Source: Nannocystales bacterium (GTDB taxonomy: Bacteria; Myxococcota_A; Polyangia; Nannocystales; Nannocystaceae). Taken from it: a DNA stretch of 64,000 bases. The translations under genes and the position numbers were made by a program. The DNA is taken from positions 171,944 through 235,943 of the forward strand of contig JBOEGF010000011.1 of NCBI GenBank assembly GCA_050633305.1, in the 5' to 3' direction. This document shows positions 38,823 through 49,370 of the stretch, piece after piece (the first letter of the stretch is position 1; each line of letters opens with the position of its first letter). The notes under the pieces were generated by a model, which made no database searches, was not told the DNA's origin, and saw nothing but the letters and a program-made list of their open reading frames with translations.

Positions 38823-38994
38823 CCAGGGGGCAACGGCCCATGGTCCCTGAGCGGGCCTGAACGCCATCGCATGCCGGGCCTCGTCCAGCGCCTCGCACCC
38901 GGTCGTACCCGGGCGGGACAAGATGGGCGGATACGCTCGCCGCTCGCGAGCGCCGCGAAGCCGCCGGGTCACGCGCTAGCCGCCGAGTGACGCG

Positions 38995-39369
38995 CTAGCC
39001 GCGGGGATCGAGGAGCGCCGCGAGCGTCGGGTCGTTGGCGAGCGCCGCGGCGACTTCGGCCTGAATGCTCTCCACGAGGGCGGGGGCGGCGCCTTCCGGG
39101 AGTTGCGCGGCGACGACGCGGTCGACAAGCATCGACTGCGCCTCGGCGGGCGAGAGCGATCCCGACGCCAATCCGGCTGAGATCTCATCGATGCCGAGTG
39201 CAGACCCAGGTGCGTCGACGGCTGTTGCGGCCGCGATCTCGCCCGCGGAGCCGACCGACTCGGTCTCACCGACAGCCGCGGCGGCCTCGGTCGCATCGGC
39301 TGCGCCGGCCGGTGCATTGCGCTCGATCGCCCCTATACCCAGTTCAAGCTCGTCGTCGCCAGGGGTCAT
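38995..39369 (-). CDS. Hypothetical protein
   Basis: GGAG RBS and TGaTAAGAT upstream; Ala-rich helical product ending in DPTLAALL. Confidence 0.6.
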   Translation of the reverse strand: MTPGDDELELGIGAIERNAPAGAADATEAAAAVGETESVGSAGEIAAATAVDAPGSALGIDEISAGLASGSLSPAEAQSMLVDRVVAAQLPEGAAPALVESIQAEVAAALANDPTLAALLDPRG

Positions 39370-39507
39370 ACGCGTTCTCCACGATCTTATCATCGACCAC
39401 CGACGTCAATCGTTGCACGGCTGTCGCACGTAGTCCTGATCGAGCGGGTGGGCGGAGCGGCCGCACGCCGGTGTCGGTCAAGTCTGCGAAACGGACGTCG
39501 CTGTGGT

Positions 39508-39513
39508 TATAAT
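39508..39513 (+). promoter_or_regulatory. Perfect -10 hexamer TATAAT upstream of the kinase gene
   Basis: Consensus match in a GC-rich divergent intergenic region. Confidence 0.45.
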
Positions 39514-39589
39514 GCCGACCCAGAGCAGGACACGTGTTTGTGCGCGTTCTCCGCTCGATCTTGCCACCATCCCTCTGGAGTGACGCGCG

Positions 39590-42460
<2,871 letters not shown>

Positions 42461-42526
42461 GCCCACGCCAGCCCTGCGCCCACGGGCGACCTCCCGCGGA
42501 GCCGCTGACCATCTCAGGTGGTCGGC

Positions 42527-43384
42527 CTACTCGCTGGAGGCGGGCACGTGCTTATGGCTCGCCGCAGCATCGCGGACCAGCGTGAAGACGGTGTCGGGAA
42601 GATAGTCGGCCTGCGCGACCTGCTCGGCCGCGAACTCCTCGCGGATTCGCTCGACGGTCTCGACCGATGCCCCGGCGCCGATGTCTCGGAGCTTCTTTCG
42701 GAGCATTCGCCGATAGTCGGCGTCCTCGGCTTGGGCGAGCTCGGCCTCGAGGAACTGGCGGGCGAGGGCGGACTCGGCGTGGTCGGAGACCAGGGTGGCG
42801 GCGTACTGTCGGACCAGCGGGTCGGCACCGAACGCGGCAGCGCGGCGGATGAGCCGAATCCCCTCCGCCCGAGCCGTGGCCCGCTCCTCGTCGCTGTAGC
42901 CAGGCGTGGAAGAAACCTGGTGGGTCAGCAGCATGCCGAGGCCGTACAAGAGCTTGTGGTCCTCCGGGAACTCGACCAAGCCCGCTCGGTAGATCTCGAT
43001 GCTGATATCGACGCCTTCCCGGGCGATGGTCGTGGAGCCGCCGTAGATCGCCGTCACCCCGCCCCAGTGGTAGACGCGGGGGAACCGGGGGGCGAGCCCC
43101 GCGATTGCGTTTGCATACCGGTGTACGGCCGGGACGCTGGTGTTTCCCAAGGACGCACCGGAGAATACGAGGGCCCGGACCCACAGCAGGTCGGCCAAGG
43201 CCTCTCGGTAGCCCAAGCTCATCGGCCGTAGATGGGTGGCCTCGGGGACGTACAGCACGTCCGCGTCGTCCGGCATCCGCGACCGCTGCGATGCAACCGG
43301 CCTGCGAATCTGAGTCGCGGTCGTCCCGGCTGCCAGAGCGAAGGCCACGATGAGTGCCCTCGATGCGCGTCGTCCAAGCGCCAC
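42527..43384 (-). CDS. PilG-like (myxobacterial/deltaproteobacterial pilin-associated) protein
   Basis: SLGYREALADLLWVRAL motif, N-terminal TM, position directly downstream of pilA; start inferred. Confidence 0.6.
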   Translation of the reverse strand: MALGRRASRALIVAFALAAGTTATQIRRPVASQRSRMPDDADVLYVPEATHLRPMSLGYREALADLLWVRALVFSGASLGNTSVPAVHRYANAIAGLAPRFPRVYHWGGVTAIYGGSTTIAREGVDISIEIYRAGLVEFPEDHKLLYGLGMLLTHQVSSTPGYSDEERATARAEGIRLIRRAAAFGADPLVRQYAATLVSDHAESALARQFLEAELAQAEDADYRRMLRKKLRDIGAGASVETVERIREEFAAEQVAQADYLPDTVFTLVRDAAASHKHVPASSE

Positions 43385-43411
43385 GTCGCCTACGATAGTC
43401 GTGGATGAACC

Positions 43412-43450
43412 AAACGAAAAGGGCGACTGGAGTTCCAGTCGCCCTTCGTT
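43412..43450 (-). terminator. Intrinsic terminator downstream of pilA
   Basis: 12-bp stem AAGGGCGACTGG/CCAGTCGCCCTT running into TTTTCGTTT on the minus strand. Confidence 0.8.
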
Positions 43451-43504
43451 CTCGCACAGCTCGCTCCCCGGCGGAGCGCCTCTGCGACTCACGCTGTGTG
43501 CTGA

Positions 43505-43537
43505 CTACTCGACGGCCTACTCGACGGCTTACTCGAC
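43505..43537 (-). repeat. 12-bp tandem repeat across the pilA stop codon
   Basis: Minus strand reads GTCGAG TAA GCC GTCGAG TAG GCC GTCGAG TAG. Confidence 0.8.
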
Positions 43538-44179
43538 CTCTTGGTCGATGTAGAGACCCGCAGCACCGTTGACGCCGTTTTGGTCGGCGGCACCGGAGCG
43601 CTCGTAGGTCGAGAAGGTGGTGTCGGCGTCCAGGTCGGCGAAGGCCTGGGCAGTGAACTGACAAGCGCCGAAGCCCGTCTCTTCGTTGGAGGCGATGAAG
43701 TTGTAGTGGAAGTAGTGGCCCTGCTCCTGCTGGAAGTTCAGGCCGTTCCACACGTTGTTGTCACCCCACAGGTCGATCTCGTAGAAACCCGCGCCCGCGC
43801 CACTCTGGGCCGGGACACAACGACCGCCAGGTCCCGTGTTGCAGTCGAGGGTGAGGTCCGGGGTGATTCCCGCTTCGCCGCCGCCGGGGGCGTCGGTCGG
43901 GTGGGGGCAACGGTGCGGCGCCTGGTCCTGGATCAGACCGCCATCGCCGATGAGTGCGGTGCGGCCGCGCTCGACGTGCTCCTCGTTGAAGTACGAAGAC
44001 GTTGCATCGAACATCTTGGCCAGCTGAACGCGGGCTTCCGAAGTCTTCGAGCGACGCATGTACTTCGTCAGTGCTGGAATCGCGATGGCGGCGAGGATGC
44101 CGAGGATTGCCACGACGATCATCAGCTCGATGAGAGTGAAGCCGCGCGCCTTCTTGAGTCGTTGAATGTCCAGATGCAT
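43529..44179 (-). CDS. pilA: Type IV major pilin
   Basis: KKARG/FTLIELMIVVAILGILAAIAIP prepilin motif with E5; purine-rich RBS; followed by a terminator and a pilG-like gene. Confidence 0.88.
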   Translation of the reverse strand: MHLDIQRLKKARGFTLIELMIVVAILGILAAIAIPALTKYMRRSKTSEARVQLAKMFDATSSYFNEEHVERGRTALIGDGGLIQDQAPHRCPHPTDAPGGGEAGITPDLTLDCNTGPGGRCVPAQSGAGAGFYEIDLWGDNNVWNGLNFQQEQGHYFHYNFIASNEETGFGACQFTAQAFADLDADTTFSTYERSGAADQNGVNGAAGLYIDQEVE

Positions 44180-44280
44180 TGTCTTGTTCCCCTGTGTCCG
44201 TTCGTTTGGTGCGGCTGCGTCGCCGCGGCAAGTGGTAGGTCCTCGCCGGTCATGGCTGGCCGAGGCCAGCCTGCTCGGTC

Positions 44281-44982
44281 CTACTCGTTCTCCATGTAGG
44301 TCTGGGTGTCGTCGGTCCCGTAGTTGACGTCTGACGTGTAGTGGGCCGACGTGAAGGCCCAGTAGGTCGTGTCCTGGTCGAAGTCGCAGAGCGCGTAGGT
44401 GTAGAACCAGTCGCGCGCGTAGAAATTCGCCTCAGGGAAGATTTGGTTCGACAGCGTGCCGTCGGGGGGCTCGTCTGCGTTCTCGGGGACCATCGAGTCG
44501 GTGCCGTGTCCCGAAATGGTCGCGTAGCCGCACAGGCTGTGTCCGCCTTCGGGCATGAATCGCAGGGCATCGAAGCCGTGCAGGTTGCTGCCTCCGCGGA
44601 AGAACTCGCCGTCGGCGGCCGTGGCGGCCGTGTAGCCATCTGCCTCGATGTCCCAAGGGATCACGCCGTCGGCGGTCGAGACATCGGTGCCCAGCGGATA
44701 GGTGCAGCCGGGACCTTCGCAGTCCGTCGAGCTGGCGTAGTGGCCCGCGACCGCCAGGAAGTTTTTCTGCCGTAGCGTGATCTGCGAGACGTTGGAGAGG
44801 ACCTCGGTCTTCTTGGCGTTGCGAACCTGTCGGGTGTACGCGCCGACGGCTACCGCGGCGAGAACTCCGAGGATGGTCACCACGGTCATCAGCTCGATCA
44901 GCGTGAATCCCCGGTTGAAAGCGCGGGGCGAGCCCCCGGCAGCGGAGAACGCTGAGTTGCGCGTGATGAGCACTCGTCGCAT
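44281..44982 (-). CDS. Second type IV pilin (PilA paralogue)
   Basis: FNRG/FTLIELMTVVTILGVLAAVAV; C-terminal ALCDFDQD parallels AFADLDAD of pilA. Confidence 0.85.
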   Translation of the reverse strand: MRRVLITRNSAFSAAGGSPRAFNRGFTLIELMTVVTILGVLAAVAVGAYTRQVRNAKKTEVLSNVSQITLRQKNFLAVAGHYASSTDCEGPGCTYPLGTDVSTADGVIPWDIEADGYTAATAADGEFFRGGSNLHGFDALRFMPEGGHSLCGYATISGHGTDSMVPENADEPPDGTLSNQIFPEANFYARDWFYTYALCDFDQDTTYWAFTSAHYTSDVNYGTDDTQTYMENE

Positions 44983-44996
44983 CGACCCGCAACAAG

Positions 44997-45013
44997 AGCA
45001 CACGCCGTGCCAA
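44997..45013 (-). promoter_or_regulatory. Sigma54 (-24/-12) promoter of the pilin operon
   Basis: TTGGCACGGCGTGTGCT (GG-N10-GC) between the pilR-like gene and the pilins. Confidence 0.75.
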
Positions 45014-45117
45014 CTCTGCGCGCACCCGATATCGGGCGGGTTCAGCTGCGAGTGACGCTGCGCGTCATCGGGCGGGGTGCCGCGATTTGTCACCGGGACG
45101 CGGCGCGTCAGCGAAGC

Positions 45118-46533
45118 TCACGAACCGTCCTCAGAGTCGTCCCGACCCCGGGACACCTCGATGCCGAGCTTCTCCAGTCGGTACCGCAGTGAGCGGAAGC
45201 TGATCGACAGCAGCTTCGCCGCCTCTTTTCGAACCCCGCGGGTCTTTCCAAGCGCCTCTTTGATCAGTCGGCGCTCGACGTCCGCGATCGCAGCGTCGAG
45301 GTCGAGACCCTCATCGGTCAGCTCGGGCCCCGCGATCGCGATCGCCGCGGTTGTTCGGCGACGCATCGGAGGGAGATTGACCGCGGTCAACACGTCGCTG
45401 GTCTCGAGCGCGATGGCGCGTTCTACGAGGTTCTCCAGCTCTCGAACGTTGCCCGGGTAGGGGTAGCGTAGGAACCAGTCGAGCGCGGAGGGGGTCACGC
45501 TTTTTAGATCGCGCCCCATCTCTTGCCGGATCCGCTGAAAAAAACGCTCGACGAGCAGAGGGATGTCCTCGGGGCGATGCCGTAGCGCTGGCAACACGAC
45601 GCGCACGACGTCGAGGCGGAAGTAGAGATCTTGCCGGAACTCCCCCGCCTCGATCGCGTTCTCGAGGTCGCGGTTCGTCGCCGAGACCACACGGCAGTCG
45701 ACTTCGACCTCACGGTCCCCGCCCACCGGCCGAACCCGGCGCTCCTGGAGGACCCGCAGCAGCTTGACCTGCATGGTCGTGGGGAGCTCGCCAACCTCGT
45801 CGAGAAACAGCGTGCCTCCGCTTGCGGCAGAGAAGACACCCTCTCGGTTCGCGTTGGCTCCGGTGAACGCACCTTTGACGTGGCCGAACAACTCGGACTC
45901 CATCAGGCTCTCCGGGATCGCGCCGCAGTTCACCGCGATGAACGGGCCCGCTGCACGGTCGGAGAGGTTGTGCAGCGCGCGAGCGACCAGCTCCTTCCCG
46001 GTGCCCGACTCGCCGCGAACGAGGACGTTCGTACGCGTAGGGGCGACTTTGCGGATCAGCTCAAATACCTTGAGCATGTCCTCGGAGCGGCCCACCATGC
46101 GATCGAGGCTCTGGACCCCGCGGAGCTCTTCGCGAAGCCGCTCGTTCTCGGTGGCCAGCGAGCGGCGCTCCAGTGCCCGCGACACGACGACCTGGATCTG
46201 ATCGACCTTGAAGGGCTTGGTCAGATAGTCGTAGGCACCCAGTTTCATCGCCTCGATCGCGGTGTCCGTAGTCGCAAATGCCGTGATCATGATGACCATG
46301 GGCGCGTCTGGGAGCGCGCAGACGTGCCGGAGCACCTCCATGCCGCCCACGCCCGGCATCGTCAGGTCGGTGATGACGAGGTCAAAAGGGCGATCTGAGG
46401 TGAGCCGCACGGCCTCGGCGCCAGAAGCGACGGCTGTGCAGTGGTGCCCCGCACGTCCAAGGCAGATCGAAAGGAACTCGCGCATGCCCTGTTCGTCGTC
46501 GACGATCAGGATGCGAGCGGCCACGGACGGCAT
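45118..46533 (-). CDS. pilR: Sigma54-dependent NtrC-family response regulator, PilR-like
   Basis: Receiver (VDDE, DLTMP), [28 protein letters not shown], Fis HTH; immediately upstream of the pilins. Confidence 0.85.
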   Translation of the reverse strand: MPSVAARILIVDDEQGMREFLSICLGRAGHHCTAVASGAEAVRLTSDRPFDLVITDLTMPGVGGMEVLRHVCALPDAPMVIMITAFATTDTAIEAMKLGAYDYLTKPFKVDQIQVVVSRALERRSLATENERLREELRGVQSLDRMVGRSEDMLKVFELIRKVAPTRTNVLVRGESGTGKELVARALHNLSDRAAGPFIAVNCGAIPESLMESELFGHVKGAFTGANANREGVFSAASGGTLFLDEVGELPTTMQVKLLRVLQERRVRPVGGDREVEVDCRVVSATNRDLENAIEAGEFRQDLYFRLDVVRVVLPALRHRPEDIPLLVERFFQRIRQEMGRDLKSVTPSALDWFLRYPYPGNVRELENLVERAIALETSDVLTAVNLPPMRRRTTAAIAIAGPELTDEGLDLDAAIADVERRLIKEALGKTRGVRKEAAKLLSISFRSLRYRLEKLGIEVSRGRDDSEDGS

Positions 46534-46554
46534 GCGTTCGTAAATACCACGGGC

Positions 46555-47316
46555 TCAACCCGAGGCCTCGACGCCGACCTTGCGCAACTCCACCAAGACG
46601 TGGGCGCCGAAGACACCAAGCATCCGACGGTCGCGGCCGAACCACTCGAAGCGTTCGAGCAGGGACCCAAGCAAGGGGACCGCCAGGAGGCTGGGCGCAT
46701 GCGCAGCGATGCGGGTGCCGTGCAAGCGAGCCAAGTGCAGCGACCGCGGCAGCATCCTCTTGAAGCGGCCGAGCGTGTCCAGGCGCGTGATGCCCCGGTC
46801 GGAGTCCAACACCATCGGGCCACCTTCGACGACCGTCACCGGGTTTCGCAGGCCGTGATACAGGCCCCAGAGGCTGCGGGGGTTGTCGAACTGGATGAGG
46901 GCCGTGCCGTCGTCCCGAAGAACGCGGGCGGTCTCTGCAAGAAGAGAGCGGGCGGCGGAAACCGATGTCTCGTCGTCGCGGCCCAGGTGGGGAAGCGTGC
47001 GCACGCAGTACACGAGGTCGAACTGACCCTGCGGGACGGCCAGGTGAACGTCCGCGCCGCGGCCCAAATCGGACGCGTCTACCACCGACAGCGAAGCTGC
47101 TCGATCCTCCACCCACTCGGCGAGCTGTCGGTTCCCGCGGCCGAGGTCGAGGACGCGCTGACCGGGTGCATGGGCCAGCACGACGTCCGCGGTCATCCGA
47201 TCAACGAGATCGGTCAAGCGATCGCGACGCGGTTCCTGTCCGCGCGGCACGGGGTCCGCAGCCATGATCTGAAGCGATCGCGAGGGCGCGTTCGTTGACC
47301 GCTTCACAGACGACAT
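46555..47316 (-). CDS. Class I SAM-dependent methyltransferase-like protein (start may be GTG at 47307)
   Basis: RVLDLGRG motif I, FDLVYCVRTLPHL, ETARVLRDDG. Confidence 0.75.
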   Translation of the reverse strand: MSSVKRSTNAPSRSLQIMAADPVPRGQEPRRDRLTDLVDRMTADVVLAHAPGQRVLDLGRGNRQLAEWVEDRAASLSVVDASDLGRGADVHLAVPQGQFDLVYCVRTLPHLGRDDETSVSAARSLLAETARVLRDDGTALIQFDNPRSLWGLYHGLRNPVTVVEGGPMVLDSDRGITRLDTLGRFKRMLPRSLHLARLHGTRIAAHAPSLLAVPLLGSLLERFEWFGRDRRMLGVFGAHVLVELRKVGVEASG

Positions 47317-47346
47317 GGTACGCCTGTCGCCGAACTAGGGAGCTCT

Positions 47347-48216
47347 ATGCCGACAAAGATCCTCGCGATCGACGACAGCAAAACCATGCGACTGGCCGTG
47401 AAGATCACGTTTGCGGCCGAAGATGCAGACGTAACCTCGGTGAGTAAGGGGTCCGACGCGGTCGCCCGAGCCAAGCAGCTCTCTCCCGATGTCATCCTCG
47501 TGGACACCGCCCTTGGGGATGGTGAGCCGAGCGGATACGACGTGTGTCAGTCTCTCAAGTCGGACCCTGCGACCCAGGGAACGCCCGTGCTCTTGATGGT
47601 GTCCAACCAGTCTGGCGTCGACCAGGCCCGGTTCGATGCGGTCGGCGCGGATGGTTTCATCAACAAGCCTTTCGACACGCAGGACCTGATCGACAAGGTT
47701 GGCGCTGCGTCTGGCGGGGCGTCCAAGCCTGCCGCCGCGGCTGCTCCTGTGGCCAAGCCCGCGCCGAAACCCGCACCCAAAGCCGCGCCTGCCCCTGTGG
47801 CGGCACGGCCTCCGGCTCGCGCGGCTGCGCCACCGAAGCCAGCGGTTCCGAAGCCCGCGGTTCGTCCTCCGGCTGCTGCCGCGCCCCGCCCAGCGGTGCC
47901 AAAGCCCGCCGTGCCGAAGCCCGCAGCTCGACCGGCGGCCCGTCCTGCACCAGCTCCTGCCCCGGCCGCGGCTCGTCCGGCCGCGGCTTCGGCCGGGCCG
48001 ATCCCGATCGCGGTCCCGATTCCGTTCACCGCAGCGGACAGCCCGACGCCTGGAATGGCCGCACGCCTCGCGAAGGCTGCCGGGGACGCCGGGATCGACC
48101 CGAAAGTCGCTGAGGCGATCGCCGGGCTGAGCCGCGAAGTGATCGAATCCGTGGTCTGGGAGGTCGTTCCGCACCTCGCCGAAGAGATCATCAAGAAGCA
48201 GGCACAGAGCGCCTGA
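47347..48216 (+). CDS. romR: RomR-like polarity response regulator
   Basis: N-terminal receiver, Pro/Ala-rich linker, C-terminal LSREVIESVVWEVVPHLAEEIIK signature. Confidence 0.82.
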   Translation: MPTKILAIDDSKTMRLAVKITFAAEDADVTSVSKGSDAVARAKQLSPDVILVDTALGDGEPSGYDVCQSLKSDPATQGTPVLLMVSNQSGVDQARFDAVGADGFINKPFDTQDLIDKVGAASGGASKPAAAAAPVAKPAPKPAPKAAPAPVAARPPARAAAPPKPAVPKPAVRPPAAAAPRPAVPKPAVPKPAARPAARPAPAPAPAAARPAAASAGPIPIAVPIPFTAADSPTPGMAARLAKAAGDAGIDPKVAEAIAGLSREVIESVVWEVVPHLAEEIIKKQAQSA

Positions 48217-48262
48217 CCTCGAAGTCCGTTCCCGGTCCGCGCGCCGCCCGGCCTCATCGGGT

Positions 48263-48365
48263 CGGGCGTCCGTTGGCCACACAACGCTTGCAAGGTCCGT
48301 TTCGGGTTTCCCGGAGCGGACCTTTGCAATTCCCGCGCGTCGCATTGCAGCGAGGCGGACGCCCG
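48263..48365 (+). ncRNA. Candidate structured RNA (multi-stem) downstream of romR
   Basis: 10-bp closing stem CGGGCGTCCG/CGGACGCCCG enclosing a 19-bp stem (two G-U pairs, one bulge) and a small hairpin. Confidence 0.35.
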
Positions 48366-48403
48366 CTCGGCTCCCCGACGAGACACGCGTATGCTCCGGG
48401 CGA

Positions 48404-49285
48404 ATGGGGGAGCTCGCACGCGTCGACCTCGACTTGCTGCCGCAGGAACCGCGATACCGCCCGCTCACCAAGCGCGCCTGGTATGGCCGCCGGCTCCCCG
48501 TGTCGCTGGGCCTCGGAGCGCTCGCCGGGGTGGCGAGCGTCGCCGTTCATCCCGTCGCGATGTGGGCGACGCTGATCGGTGTGTTCGGCTACTCGATCGC
48601 GCGCCGCCGCAGCGCCGCCAACATCGCTCGGCTGAACACCGACGGGCTCGCGATGCTCATGGCAGGCGAACTCGTGCCCGCGGCAGAGGCGTTCGAGCTG
48701 CTGTGCGAAGAATCCCGGGCGTCACCGAGCTTGCACTCGCTGACGGTTTGCAATCGCGCGGCGGTCTTTCTGGAAGCCGGAGAGCCCGAGCGCGCGGCGG
48801 GTCTGCTCTCCGCGGCGTTGCATGCCGGGTGGATCGGAACGCAGGGGGCCTTGTCCGCGTACTACCCGTTGGTCGCGGGCCGGCTCGCGATGGCCGAAGC
48901 TCTCAGCGGTCGACTCGATCAGGCCCAAGCGTGGCGAGCCCGAGCCCACGCCGGGACCTCGGCGGCCAAGCACGGCATGCATCTCCTGACGGACGTCGTC
49001 GTCGAAGCGAGGGCGGGCAACGACGAGACGGTGGTCTCGCTGGTGGCTGAGGGGTGGGACCGAGCCGAGAACCTTCACTCCGCCCGGCAGCTGCGGCAGG
49101 TTCGTCTGCTCGAGGCGTTTGCGTTGGAGCGGTTGGCCGCCGTCGAGTACCGCGGGGTCTCTCGGGAGACCGACGCCATCCGTGCGGTGGAAGCGGCGCG
49201 AACATCGACGCCGGGGCAGTTCGTGGGGCTGACGCGGCCGTGGGACGCGCTCGCCGGGTTTGCCGAACGCCACAGCCTTCGCTGA
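48404..49285 (+). CDS. Hypothetical membrane-anchored TPR-like protein
   Basis: Two N-terminal hydrophobic segments followed by helical repeats. Confidence 0.65.
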   Translation: MGELARVDLDLLPQEPRYRPLTKRAWYGRRLPVSLGLGALAGVASVAVHPVAMWATLIGVFGYSIARRRSAANIARLNTDGLAMLMAGELVPAAEAFELLCEESRASPSLHSLTVCNRAAVFLEAGEPERAAGLLSAALHAGWIGTQGALSAYYPLVAGRLAMAEALSGRLDQAQAWRARAHAGTSAAKHGMHLLTDVVVEARAGNDETVVSLVAEGWDRAENLHSARQLRQVRLLEAFALERLAAVEYRGVSRETDAIRAVEAARTSTPGQFVGLTRPWDALAGFAERHSLR

Positions 49286-49370
49286 CTCGGTCCTGTGGGG
49301 CGAGTGTTTCAGCCGCGAGCGTGAAGAGGCTCATCCGCGATCCCGATGGGTGTGTGGCAAGGTCCCCGCG

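Noticed and set aside
38370..38994. Possible tRNA or ncRNA in the spacers around the small ORF at 38511
   Set aside because: No cloverleaf or convincing extended structure could be drawn
47720..48000. Low-complexity repeats in romR
   Set aside because: Expected Pro/Ala linker of RomR
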